Assembly (NCBI GenBank): GCA_963817915.1
Contig: CAWFQL010000006.1
Span: forward strand, 32,001-96,000
Length of the DNA stretch: 64,000 nt
Direction: 5' to 3'
Source: an uncultured candidate division Zixibacteria bacterium
Lineage (GTDB): Bacteria; Zixibacteria; MSB-5A5; UBA10806
Position 1 is the stretch's first letter. The number at the start of each line of letters is the position of its first letter. Positions 53,074 to 62,857 of this stretch are shown here, in pieces. Under the pieces are notes generated by a model. The model saw only the letters and a list, made by a program, of their open reading frames with translations, was not told the origin of the DNA and made no database searches. Position numbers and translations under genes: made by a program.

Positions 53074-53793
53074 TTATTTCCCCAGTACATAAATCACCCA
53101 CGGCGCAATCTTAGTTTCATTCACCCACTGAAATGGTTCAGCATCATTGGCCAACGGCTTGAACATCTCGAGCAATTTTAGGCCGGATTTTTGATAGACC
53201 TCGCGGTAAGCATCATCGAACCAAACTATATCCTCCACGGGCCTGCGATCATCGACATCGGTCATAATGATTTTCACGATGTCACCAGATTTGGCATTTC
53301 TATTTTCAGGAAAGTCTTCTGTAGTAAATGACGCCCACTCATTAACATAAATATCAGGCGAAGAAACCAAATTGACGATTATGCCGTCTTTATCCAAAAG
53401 CTTCTTGATACCGGAAAATAATTCGATTTTCTTTCCCGACGTCGGGATATTATCAAAAGTAAAAGCACTCAATACCATGCCATAATGATTACCATCGAGG
53501 AAGCTGACACTATTCGCGGACATCAAACGGTAGTCTCCATACGGATCAATTTCCTCCGCTTTGGATATCATTTCCGGAGAGATATCAATGCCAATGACCT
53601 GAAACCCCAAATTTCGCAGAAATCGGGTTGAGCGGCCAGCTCCGCAGCCAAAATCGATCGCCGTTTTGCCCTTAACATAATTGGAGATAATTTCGGGCAG
53701 ATCACGATAAGCCAGATAATATGTGCCGGGGAATTCCAGCTTGGAATAGGCATCGGCGCGCCTGGAATCCTCGTAAATATTTTCGAATTGCAT
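53074..53793 (-). CDS. Class I SAM-dependent methyltransferase
   Basis: AIDFGCGAGRS, GIDISPEMI. Confidence 0.9.
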   Translation of the reverse strand: MQFENIYEDSRRADAYSKLEFPGTYYLAYRDLPEIISNYVKGKTAIDFGCGAGRSTRFLRNLGFQVIGIDISPEMISKAEEIDPYGDYRLMSANSVSFLDGNHYGMVLSAFTFDNIPTSGKKIELFSGIKKLLDKDGIIVNLVSSPDIYVNEWASFTTEDFPENRNAKSGDIVKIIMTDVDDRRPVEDIVWFDDAYREVYQKSGLKLLEMFKPLANDAEPFQWVNETKIAPWVIYVLGK

Positions 53794-53937
53794 AAGATTA
53801 TTATAACTTAATGAATTATAATCGTCAATAGCTCCAGTTAACTTCTCCGATTTATGTTGACAACAAATCGAAACATGGATAAATTATGCTTGTTAAATAT
53901 GTAAATGCCTCTGTTACTTGAAAAAGGAAGATAAATT

Positions 53938-55539
53938 ATGAAAAGCGCTATCGCAGTAATAGTTGCATTTTTTGTCTTAACTTGCGCTTCAATGGGAACT
54001 GAATTACAAGGCGATTTAACTGGCACGCTACTGCGGGCCAACAGTCCCTATCAGGTTATTGGTAATATCAATGTGCCTCGATACGCAGCATTGATTATCG
54101 AGCCCGGAGTTGTATTTGATTTTCAAGGTTATTATGAGTTCGTTATCAATCAGGAGGCCACCCTCACTGCCATTGGCAATGAAACTGATTCCATAATCTT
54201 TACGTGCGATACATTGGTAAATATAAACAGATGGCGCGGAATTCGATTTGATCGATCATACTATACATCGGTTCTCCAATATGGCCGTGTTGAATACTCC
54301 AAGGATACTGGCATTGAATGCTACTACACACATCATAAAATCGCAAATTGCACAATCCGATATAATGCCGGCATTGGCGGTGAATTCGATGGCGGCGGGA
54401 TACGATGTGACTATTTTGCTACTCCCATTATCATCGATAATATAATTACAATGAATACCGCGTATAATGGAGGGGGAATTTGTCTGAATACTTACAGTGC
54501 ACCCATCATAAATAATAATATTATCAGCAATAATACTGCCGAAGCCGGCGGTGGAATTTTCGCGACTGGCGGCGAAAATAGCGAAATCATAAACAATCAA
54601 TTCGATCATAATTCAGCCAGAAACGGAGGTGGAATTTATCTATCATTTCAAGGAATATTTTTAGTCGAAAGCAATGTATTTTTAGGTAATCACGCGGACA
54701 GCGGGGGCGGCGGGTTGTATTCAAAAAGATGCGTTAAAATTACGGTAGATAACAATCTCCTTACTGATAATCACGCCGATTCTTCAGGCGGGGCCGCATA
54801 TTTTGATTTTTGCGATTCAGTTCGATTTTTCAATAATTTGGTGGTCGAAAATTCCGCCTATTTAAATGGGGCTATTGGAATCGGTCCGCCATGCCCGGTA
54901 AAGATGTTTAATAATACTATTTGCAACAATATCCAGACCGATCAAGAATCAAGCGCGATCTACTGCGATTCATGTAGACTTGTAAATAATATAATCTGGA
55001 ATAACGGGGCGCACGAGATAGGCGGCAATGCAATTGTCAGATACTCCGATATTCAGGGCGGTTATCCTGGCGACGGTAATATAAACACCGATCCGATGTT
55101 CCGCGATACGGTCAACAGTGATTATCATTTGATGTCAACTGCGTGCGGCGATTTGTACGATTCGCCATGCATCGATACAGGCAGCCGAGTGGTTTTGGAC
55201 GACGCACTCAATTGTGATCGAGGATTAGGTACCGAAGCATCTGATATGGGGGCTTATGGAGGTGGTATTTATCCTCGTTCTTATATCGAAGGTGATGTCA
55301 ATGGATCTTATTCGTTTAATGGACTTGATGTCACCTACTTGGTAAATTACTTCAGGGGCGGGGCTCCACCGCTATTTAGTTGTGAATGCGGGTCGAATCC
55401 TCATTTTTACGCAACCGCCGATGTCAATGGCAGCTGTACGGTAAATGGCCTCGATGTCACATATATGGTAGGCTATTTCTTCGATCCTCATAGATTTCCT
55501 CCCAGATCTTGCGACGATTGCCCGGCAACGGAATATTAA
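53938..55539 (+). CDS. Secreted right-handed beta-helix protein with C-terminal dockerin-like domain
   Basis: N.A..GGGI repeats; GNINTDPMF..SPCIDTG..DMGAYG; two (G/A)DVNGS...NGLDVTY.V.YF repeats. Confidence 0.85.
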   Translation: MKSAIAVIVAFFVLTCASMGTELQGDLTGTLLRANSPYQVIGNINVPRYAALIIEPGVVFDFQGYYEFVINQEATLTAIGNETDSIIFTCDTLVNINRWRGIRFDRSYYTSVLQYGRVEYSKDTGIECYYTHHKIANCTIRYNAGIGGEFDGGGIRCDYFATPIIIDNIITMNTAYNGGGICLNTYSAPIINNNIISNNTAEAGGGIFATGGENSEIINNQFDHNSARNGGGIYLSFQGIFLVESNVFLGNHADSGGGGLYSKRCVKITVDNNLLTDNHADSSGGAAYFDFCDSVRFFNNLVVENSAYLNGAIGIGPPCPVKMFNNTICNNIQTDQESSAIYCDSCRLVNNIIWNNGAHEIGGNAIVRYSDIQGGYPGDGNINTDPMFRDTVNSDYHLMSTACGDLYDSPCIDTGSRVVLDDALNCDRGLGTEASDMGAYGGGIYPRSYIEGDVNGSYSFNGLDVTYLVNYFRGGAPPLFSCECGSNPHFYATADVNGSCTVNGLDVTYMVGYFFDPHRFPPRSCDDCPATEY

Positions 55540-55600
55540 AATTCAAAGGCCAGTTCGGCAGGAGTCTTCGACTCCTTCCCTACACATGCAAGTAATAAAT

Positions 55601-55634
55601 AAAAAGGGGCGTCAGTGCATGATGACGCCCCCTT
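55601..55634 (-). terminator. Terminator between convergent genes
   Basis: AGGGGCGTCA-loop-TGACGCCCC with an A-run on the plus side. Confidence 0.7.
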
Positions 55635-55648
55635 AGAACGATGGATCG

Positions 55649-58255
55649 TCAGAGGGGATTTGACGAAGCATCATCAAGATCAAATGAAAGCCTATAGGCG
55701 CCGCGGCCATTGGATAGAATAGTCAGCCCGGAATCAATTTCATCAATCTGACACCTGAGCTTACTGATATATTTTGTCTGATTGAATCCCGGTTCGAGAA
55801 TTTCTTTGTCGACCCAAGGCTTTTTGTCGATAAATCCGCTCCAGAGCCTCTGCAAAAATTGATATAATTTCGGTTGAAGATAGATCGATTTGCCATTTAT
55901 TAGAACTTCGGAGAGCATTTTCTTTGTTGATCCGGTGAAGACAAGTGATGGCTTGATCGCCTTGACGCATTCTGATTCAAAATGATTTTCAGATGATTTA
56001 GGTTTTGCAGTTTCTTTGAATCCGCCGTTTTTGATATCTTTTTCGCGCCATTTCCTGATAATTTCCTGAACAGGCGTCGGAACGATACTGTTCAATGCCA
56101 CAAATTCGATATTGCGCAGATCGTTTTCGTCGCGTATTCCAAAGTCGTATAGCCGTCGAATAAATTCCCTATCGATTTTCAAAGCCTTCGCCAATGGCAG
56201 CCGAGATTCGTCAACACCTAATCGCAATCGTTCAGCAAATTTCCCCAGTTCTGACGATAAATCATCGCTGAAGCGATTTAAATCGGAAAACGATCTGCCG
56301 AGTTTATCGATAGCGCTTACCAGCCAGGCCAGATTCAGGGCATCTCGTTTGAGCCGCCCCGCGCCCTTGCGGAAAAATATCTCTATATCACGTGTTGGCA
56401 TACCTGAAATCCATTCGGTAATAAAAAGCAATACGCCAAGCCGCCCATTCTCACTTGGATTGTCGAAATTATGGAGTGACGTCCTGAGTATTTTGGAATC
56501 ATCAATTGTCTTTGCGCCCCAGAATTCATTCAAACGCGAGGCCAGATACTCCCCTGATGACTCATCCAGATAATAACCGCCGGAAGATTCCGCCCATTCG
56601 ATAAGGTCTGTAGAAAAGAAGAGCCACTCGAGCGCGGAATTTATCCCACACCCGGCGATAGCCTCTTTGATTTTGATAGCTGATATAACTGACAATGACG
56701 ATGAACTGGCTGCCTTGCCGAAATTCGTAAGCTCGATCTTCCCCCAGCTTTGGAACAACGAAAGCCCGCCTTTTTCAAGGATCGATACGGCTTCTTCAAT
56801 ATTATTGGAAAGATCTTCGCCGATATTTCCGCAGTAAGAGGCATAAAGCGTTCTGCAGATATTCGCGATATTTTCAGGCTTTTGAGCCGCCCCGCATGAT
56901 ACCAAATGTAATATAAAATCAGTTAATTGATCATTACTGAATCCCGAGCAAGGATCGTCGGTCTTCCCATATATATATTTATCCCAGAGAATCTCATGTT
57001 CATAAGGTGATTCGGCGGTCATTATCGCGCGACCGTACTTCTCCCCCGTTCCCAATCGTCCGGCCCGTCCAGCGGCCTGGTGATAATCGATACTTGTTAA
57101 TGGTACCAGATGCTCGCGGCAATTGGATGACTTCTCGCCGGAGTATTTCATGGCATCGATAAAAACATTTTTGGCCGGAAGATTCACTCCCCAGGCCAAT
57201 GTTGAAGTTGAAGCCAGCATCTTAATGTCACCATTTCGAAACCCCTGCTCGACCAACTGCCTTTGATGCTGATCGAGATCGGCGTTATGGAACGCGACCC
57301 CGTGGGTGAGGCAGCGCTCCAATTTATCATTCTGTATAGATGGCGGAATGTCGGAAATCATTTTAAGAGATTCGGACGCGGCAGGGAGATTCATGTTTAC
57401 GGCCAAATAATAGGCCATATTTTCCGATGATTTGCGCGAATTCGTGAAAATTAGTATTTGTTCGTTCTGGTCCGAAAGATGTTTGATAGCGCAAAGGCTC
57501 TGGGCATTGAATGGACCCTCGGATTCGGTATCGATTTGAGCCAGCCAATGCTCATCACCCTCGCAAAGATCATTGAATCCTCTGAAATGAAATGTCCCTC
57601 GATGAAGAACTCCTAATCTGAGATCGACTGGTCGTCTGTTCTCTTCTATTAATGGCAGATTCAACCATTTGGATATTCTTTCCGGCGATGATCCGCTGCC
57701 AATCAATATGATAATTTGCGCCTGGGGGTTGAATATCCTGATTTTTAGAATTGCCAGTTCCAATTCGATCCCCCGTTTTGGATCTGATATCAACTGGAAT
57801 TCATCAAATATGAATACCGAGGTATTCCTGATAAGCGAAATATCACATGACGTTAATGCGTTGAATTTTTCATATATGAGAATACCAAGATCGAAATCGC
57901 CCTTACCTATCTTAGAGTCATCATCGGTATGATCTCTCGTAGAAAGTCGAATTTTAACGCCCAGCGGCGCATATCTTGGTCGGAAAAGCCGGTATTTTTC
58001 CTCGGCGATTGCCTTTAAAGGTAGTAAGAAGATCGCTTTTTGCCGTTTAACAGCCCTCGACATCGCGGCCATTTCGCCGCAGAATGTTTTGCCCGATGTC
58101 CCCGGCCCGCTGATGACAAGGCTCTTGCCGTCAATAAGCCCAAATCGCATAACGGCTTCAGCTTGTATCGGCAAGAGAGAGCTGATACCGTCATCGAACC
58201 ATCGCCTGACAAGTTGGCCAGTCAGGCCGTGTCTTTCCAGTGTTTCTATTTTCAT
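55649..58255 (-). CDS. Ski2/Hel308-like SF2 helicase with C-terminal winged-helix-like extension
   Basis: LLPIQ, GTSGKT, PLKAIAEEK, DEFQ, GVAFHNADL, STSTLAWGVNLPA, QAAGRAGR. Confidence 0.88.
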   Translation of the reverse strand: MKIETLERHGLTGQLVRRWFDDGISSLLPIQAEAVMRFGLIDGKSLVISGPGTSGKTFCGEMAAMSRAVKRQKAIFLLPLKAIAEEKYRLFRPRYAPLGVKIRLSTRDHTDDDSKIGKGDFDLGILIYEKFNALTSCDISLIRNTSVFIFDEFQLISDPKRGIELELAILKIRIFNPQAQIIILIGSGSSPERISKWLNLPLIEENRRPVDLRLGVLHRGTFHFRGFNDLCEGDEHWLAQIDTESEGPFNAQSLCAIKHLSDQNEQILIFTNSRKSSENMAYYLAVNMNLPAASESLKMISDIPPSIQNDKLERCLTHGVAFHNADLDQHQRQLVEQGFRNGDIKMLASTSTLAWGVNLPAKNVFIDAMKYSGEKSSNCREHLVPLTSIDYHQAAGRAGRLGTGEKYGRAIMTAESPYEHEILWDKYIYGKTDDPCSGFSNDQLTDFILHLVSCGAAQKPENIANICRTLYASYCGNIGEDLSNNIEEAVSILEKGGLSLFQSWGKIELTNFGKAASSSSLSVISAIKIKEAIAGCGINSALEWLFFSTDLIEWAESSGGYYLDESSGEYLASRLNEFWGAKTIDDSKILRTSLHNFDNPSENGRLGVLLFITEWISGMPTRDIEIFFRKGAGRLKRDALNLAWLVSAIDKLGRSFSDLNRFSDDLSSELGKFAERLRLGVDESRLPLAKALKIDREFIRRLYDFGIRDENDLRNIEFVALNSIVPTPVQEIIRKWREKDIKNGGFKETAKPKSSENHFESECVKAIKPSLVFTGSTKKMLSEVLINGKSIYLQPKLYQFLQRLWSGFIDKKPWVDKEILEPGFNQTKYISKLRCQIDEIDSGLTILSNGRGAYRLSFDLDDASSNPL

Positions 58256-58274
58256 TGATTACGATATTTGAAAA

Positions 58275-58469
58275 CTAAGCGCATGCGCTCCAACCGCATA
58301 CCGGACATGAAAAGCATCCACCATCGGTGCCCACGCGATTGAAACAGCTCGGGCAATAGATTACGTAACAGCCGACACACACCATTAAGTCACCATCGTA
58401 CACAAGGTTGCCACCGCAATGACAATGCTTTTGAGCGGCGAAGAGGTCATATTCCATCTTTCTGGTCAT
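58275..58469 (-). CDS. Small double zinc-ribbon protein
   Basis: CHC..CVGC..CPSC..GGCFSCPVCGWSAC; AAGGAGG RBS. Confidence 0.75.
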   Translation of the reverse strand: MTRKMEYDLFAAQKHCHCGGNLVYDGDLMVCVGCYVIYCPSCFNRVGTDGGCFSCPVCGWSACA

Positions 58470-58510
58470 CTTGCCTCCTTTATTAGGTTATCGACCAAAT
58501 ACTGCACTTA

Positions 58511-58539
58511 ATTATACTGCACATTTGAATAGTTGTCAA
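58511..58539 (-). promoter_or_regulatory. Perfect consensus sigma70 promoter of the Zn-ribbon/helicase operon
   Basis: Minus strand TTGACA-ACTATTCAAATGTGCAG (17 bp)-TATAAT. Confidence 0.85.
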
Positions 58540-58690
58540 GGTGTTTTTTGATTTTTTAATATTTTTTTCTATCACGATCATTATTTGTGGAATCTGCGGC
58601 TAGGTATTTTTGTTTAGCGTTTTTAATATAACTGGAGATTTTAGTAAGTTTTTCTTGACATAGAAAATTATGCACATTATATTAGACTGT

Positions 58691-58891
58691 ATGAAATTGA
58701 TTGCTAAAATACGGCCACACAGGCGTAAGACGGGGCTGACTCAGGCTGACTTGGCAACCGAGGTCGGTGTATCGCGCCAGACCATTATCTCGATCGAAAA
58801 AGGCACATGCGTGCCATCTACATATCTGGCGCTCAAACTTTCTCGCGCTCTTAAAAGACCTGTGGAAGAGCTATTCACGATTGAAGAATAA
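58691..58891 (+). CDS. XRE-family HTH transcriptional regulator (leaderless)
   Basis: LTQADLA..VGVSRQTI.SIEKG..PS..LA.KL; ATG 7 nt after TTGACA-17-TATATT. Confidence 0.9.
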   Translation: MKLIAKIRPHRRKTGLTQADLATEVGVSRQTIISIEKGTCVPSTYLALKLSRALKRPVEELFTIEE

Positions 58892-58910
58892 AAACTTAAG
58901 AGGAGGACCG

Positions 58911-59663
58911 ATGATTAAAACGCTTATTAGAGCGTTAGCGGTTGTGTTAGTTTTTTCATTTTTGACCGCTTCTGCCGATGAAAATTGCGCATCCAAATGT
59001 GCCGCCGCCAAGGCCGGAGCATGTGCAACTGCAAAAAAGACCGCAGATACCAAAGATACCAAAGCTTCATGCTGCCCGTCGTCCGCAAAAGCTCAGACTA
59101 TTGGCATGACCATGAATACCGATGAAATTAAGACTGACGATAAAGCGGCCCAGGTAACTACTCAGGGCGCGGCCACAGCCACAGCAGTTGAACCGGCAAA
59201 AGAAGAAGCCAAGGCAGTCAAGGCCAGCGATGCAACCGCTACAGCCAAAGCAGCCGATGCCACTTGCCCGGACGTAAAGGGTCAATCGACATTAGAGAAT
59301 TTCCACAATGTGCTTCACAAGATGCACACTGCTTATAAAGATAAGAAATACGACGAGATCCGCGGCTTGATGCCGGCTATGATCGAAAAATCAGATCCTT
59401 TCAAGACCTATGTTTGCCCGATGTCCGGCGGCAAATGCTCGGCTGAATGTCTGAAAAATTTCGAAACCAAGAAGACAGCCTTCCTGACCTCTATCGAAGG
59501 TCTTAATAAGGCTTGCGGAACCAAGGATAACGCGGCGGTTGATGCCGAATTCATGAAGGTGCATGAATCGTATGTGACATTCGCCTCCACATGCAACCCA
59601 GCGGCCGAGACTTCAAAAGAAGCTCCCGCTACCGAAACCAAAAAGGCGACCGAGACCAAGTAA
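58911..59663 (+). CDS. Exported Cys/His-rich protein with Ala/Thr/Lys linker and helical-bundle C-terminus
   Basis: AGGAGG RBS; signal peptide; C..KC, SCCP, FHNVLHKMH, VHESY. Confidence 0.78.
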   Translation: MIKTLIRALAVVLVFSFLTASADENCASKCAAAKAGACATAKKTADTKDTKASCCPSSAKAQTIGMTMNTDEIKTDDKAAQVTTQGAATATAVEPAKEEAKAVKASDATATAKAADATCPDVKGQSTLENFHNVLHKMHTAYKDKKYDEIRGLMPAMIEKSDPFKTYVCPMSGGKCSAECLKNFETKKTAFLTSIEGLNKACGTKDNAAVDAEFMKVHESYVTFASTCNPAAETSKEAPATETKKATETK

Positions 59664-59684
59664 ATCATTTTAGATAGTTATATG

Positions 59685-59879
59685 AAAGGCAGCGAATCGA
59701 GCGCTGCCTTTTTTTATTGCCATATATAGACGCGAAATCTTTTCTGCGTGTCGAAGTTTACTTTCCAGTGGTGGCAGGTCTCCGCACCTGCCACAAGACC
59801 CGGCTATCATCGGGTATGGAGACCCGACGACACATGCAATCTTGCTATAAATTGAATTCAGATTCTCTATATCTTCTTT
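59685..59879 (+). repeat. 195-bp direct repeat, copy 1 (terminator, REP and 3' end of methyltransferase gene)
   Basis: Identical by eye to 61902-62096. Confidence 0.9.
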
Positions 59880-59982
59880 TCCAGTGGTGGCAGGTCTCCG
59901 CACCTGCCACACGACCCGGCTATCGTCGGGTACGGAGACCCGACGACACGAGCAATATATTGTCAAAATCTGATTTTTTTCA

Positions 59983-61575
59983 TTATTTTAAAAATAGGAG
60001 TTTTTTTGAGATTTTGCCCTGGGGCGTCTCAACATGTGCGAAGTAGATCCCAGAAGATACTCTTCGTCCAAAGTTGTCGGTGGCGTCCCAGGTTGTTTTT
60101 CCCTCCTTGTCTAAGTCCCCAATTGACCTTACAAGACGACCCGAGATATCATATATTCTTATTGCCGCATCACCTCCTTTATAATTCTGTATAGATATTT
60201 TAACATTGGAATTGAATGGATTTGGATATGCGCTCAATGATATTCGATCCGGAACAGGATTGCGTTCGGCTATTCCTGTTACTCCGTCGTCACGCATGTA
60301 TTTCGCGTATTCAGTAAGGTGAACCGAATCGGTCCAAACTCTTTCTTCCCAGACAAGATGAATCCTGTCATCAAATTTCACCATCCGAGGCCCATTATGA
60401 CTCGATCCAGTGCTTAATATTTGATCACCGCCCCAGGTAAAACCACCATCCCAGCTTTCACGATAATGGAGCCGCGAATTGCGGGTCAGATTGGCGGACG
60501 ACCAAATTACTCCTACGTAATTGCCATCCACAGCCAGCGTTACTCCCACTTCACCGAGATAATCGTCATCCAGCCTGATAGGCTCCTCCCATGTTTGGCC
60601 AAAATCATGGCTTATCCTAACCCAGATGCCGCCAGTACTGAAATAGGGCGAACCCCAATAATCCATCCAGCAGACAGCGATATTGCCATAATCATCAGCA
60701 GCTAACTCCGGACATTGACCCCAAATATCATCATATAGCAAGCCGATATGCTGAGGCTGATTCCAGCTTGTTCCATGATCGGCGCTGTTTATATAGTAAA
60801 CGCTCAGGTTATTATTAAAACTATACGTAAAGGCGATACTCGCGACACCGGCCTTATAGGCAAGAGAGGGAGGATATGCCTGGGGCGTCTCGGCTATTGG
60901 CCCCGCATTATACCAATGACGGCCCATATCAAAGCTCCGAGAACATGATAAATGACCCCAGGCTTGCTCGAAGCTGACAAACACCGTGTCACCATGACCA
61001 GCGATATTGCTTTGCATCACATCGGTCTCGGGCCGCGCCATTCGTATCCGAGCTGTTATTGGCCAGGTCTGGCCATAATCGCTGCTGGCCTTGAAATAAA
61101 TAAATGTGTTAAAATCCTCTCTATGTCGTCCAAGCCAAACAGTATAAACTTTATTACCTTCGCTTAAAATATTATAATAATCTTGCGAAACATTCAATGA
61201 GGTATCAGAAAAATCCGCCGCAAAATGCCATGAATCTCCCCCATCCGTGCTCTTATAATAATCTAACATAAGATCGGGTTTTTGCATTAAGACATGCAAA
61301 ATGCTGTCGCTGACAGCCACCATCGGATGCCAATAATGCCGTGAGGAATCACCTATAAACGCTTCCTCACCCCAATCGACGACTACCGGCCAGCCAGGCT
61401 GAGTAGGAGCGCCATTATCTGCATAAATTGCATGAGGGTTGGCATAGAGGATATTATTGCCGATATGGCGATGGGGCCTGTCGGTCTCAGGAGCCTTTTG
61501 GGAATAGGCCAAATCCGCGAAGACAAATAACAATATACAATACAGCAATACTGCATATTTCATTCTGATTTGCAT
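59983..61575 (-). CDS. Secreted BNR/Asp-box (sialidase-like propeller) protein with YPNPFN sorting domain
   Basis: Six S.D.G..W Asp-boxes; signal peptide; SAYPNPFN..SSGIYF. Confidence 0.85.
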   Translation of the reverse strand: MQIRMKYAVLLYCILLFVFADLAYSQKAPETDRPHRHIGNNILYANPHAIYADNGAPTQPGWPVVVDWGEEAFIGDSSRHYWHPMVAVSDSILHVLMQKPDLMLDYYKSTDGGDSWHFAADFSDTSLNVSQDYYNILSEGNKVYTVWLGRHREDFNTFIYFKASSDYGQTWPITARIRMARPETDVMQSNIAGHGDTVFVSFEQAWGHLSCSRSFDMGRHWYNAGPIAETPQAYPPSLAYKAGVASIAFTYSFNNNLSVYYINSADHGTSWNQPQHIGLLYDDIWGQCPELAADDYGNIAVCWMDYWGSPYFSTGGIWVRISHDFGQTWEEPIRLDDDYLGEVGVTLAVDGNYVGVIWSSANLTRNSRLHYRESWDGGFTWGGDQILSTGSSHNGPRMVKFDDRIHLVWEERVWTDSVHLTEYAKYMRDDGVTGIAERNPVPDRISLSAYPNPFNSNVKISIQNYKGGDAAIRIYDISGRLVRSIGDLDKEGKTTWDATDNFGRRVSSGIYFAHVETPQGKISKKLLFLK

Positions 61576-61901
61576 CAACCCCCTTTTACCATTACGCTTC
61601 CGCAATAGCATCAAATGCCCCGCTTTCCAAGATTTTAAATGAACTGGAATCAATATAAATTACAATTGTGTTATGTCAAGGCCATTATGTTGGGCGGCAG
61701 TCATCTTTGACTGCCCCAAATGTTGCCGCCGATGGGGCAGCTACGGACAGCCGACATCCAATATCCAGGTAGAGACTTGCTATAGCAAGTCTCTACGATA
61801 AATTTTTCTGCGTGTCGAAGTTTACTTTCCAGTGGTGGCAGGTCTCCGCACCTGCCACAAGACCCGGCTATCATCGGGTATGGAGACCCGACGACACGAG
61901 C

Positions 61902-62096
61902 AAAGGCAGCGAATCGAGCGCTGCCTTTTTTTATTGCCATATATAGACGCGAAATCTTTTCTGCGTGTCGAAGTTTACTTTCCAGTGGTGGCAGGTCTCC
62001 GCACCTGCCACAAGACCCGGCTATCATCGGGTATGGAGACCCGACGACACATGCAATCTTGCTATAAATTGAATTCAGATTCTCTATATCTTCTTT
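61902..62096 (+). repeat. 195-bp direct repeat, copy 2 (partial third copy at about 61804-61897)
   Basis: Identical by eye to 59685-59879. Confidence 0.9.
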
Positions 62097-62707
62097 GCCA
62101 CAATAAATTGTTGTTGTCCTTTTTGACTCAAACATTCCGTTTCAACAATTTCAAAATTTCCATTAGCTATTGAATTTTCTAAATCAGATATTTTAAATGA
62201 CTTTATATCTGGAACTAATCCAATTTTATTTCCAAGTGATAGTAATATATTTAGGAATGCCGTCTCTCCTAAGCAAGGTGTCGCGGAGATAAGCAACCCG
62301 CCAGGCGTTAATAATTCATTCATCCGCATTATGACTTTTGGTGTATCTTCTACTAAATGCAGGATATAAAAACCTAAAATCACATCAAATGAACCTTTTT
62401 CTAATTTCTTATCGAATATTGTTAATTGTTCAAAATCTGTATTACTTATATTGGCTGCATTTATTTTTGCGGCTTCGATCATTTTGGAAGAGATATCGAT
62501 GCCATGAACCTTTTTCACCTTGTCCGCAATCTCAATAGCCATTCTGCCTGTCGCGCATCCAAAATCTAACACAACATTATTTACATCGAGGTGCTTTTGG
62601 GTCATTTCAATAATCTTGAGATAGGTTGGTTCATCTGATCTTTCTTCGCGATCAAAATAATTCGCCTTTTTATCCCAGAACTCTTCTGATTTATTAATTT
62701 TTTGCAT
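62084..62707 (-). CDS. Class I SAM-dependent methyltransferase
   Basis: FWDKKA, VLDFGCATG, GIDISSKMI, FDVI, LTPGG. Confidence 0.9.
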   Translation of the reverse strand: MQKINKSEEFWDKKANYFDREERSDEPTYLKIIEMTQKHLDVNNVVLDFGCATGRMAIEIADKVKKVHGIDISSKMIEAAKINAANISNTDFEQLTIFDKKLEKGSFDVILGFYILHLVEDTPKVIMRMNELLTPGGLLISATPCLGETAFLNILLSLGNKIGLVPDIKSFKISDLENSIANGNFEIVETECLSQKGQQQFIVAKKI

Positions 62708-62857
62708 CCTCTTTGTCTTGTTAATTATTTGTCATTATTAATATATTTCTGTTTTTGCGAGCGATTGGTGATGGAATGACGGACAGGTCGCGCCCCGACA
62801 TTTTATGCCGTTACGCGACCTGCTCGATCAGGATTATTGCCTAAAGCAATGCATAAA

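Noticed and set aside
59768..62050. CRISPR array suggested by repeated palindromic units
   Set aside because: Units are about 66 bp, irregularly spaced, with duplicated rather than unique intervening sequence, dispersed elsewhere in the window, and no cas genes are present; they are REP-like
59670..62173. ORFs 59670..59966, 59717..60046, 61701..62135, 61832..62173, also 37446..37736 and 39336..39635
   Set aside because: Translations of REP and direct-repeat DNA with the same peptides recurring; not genes
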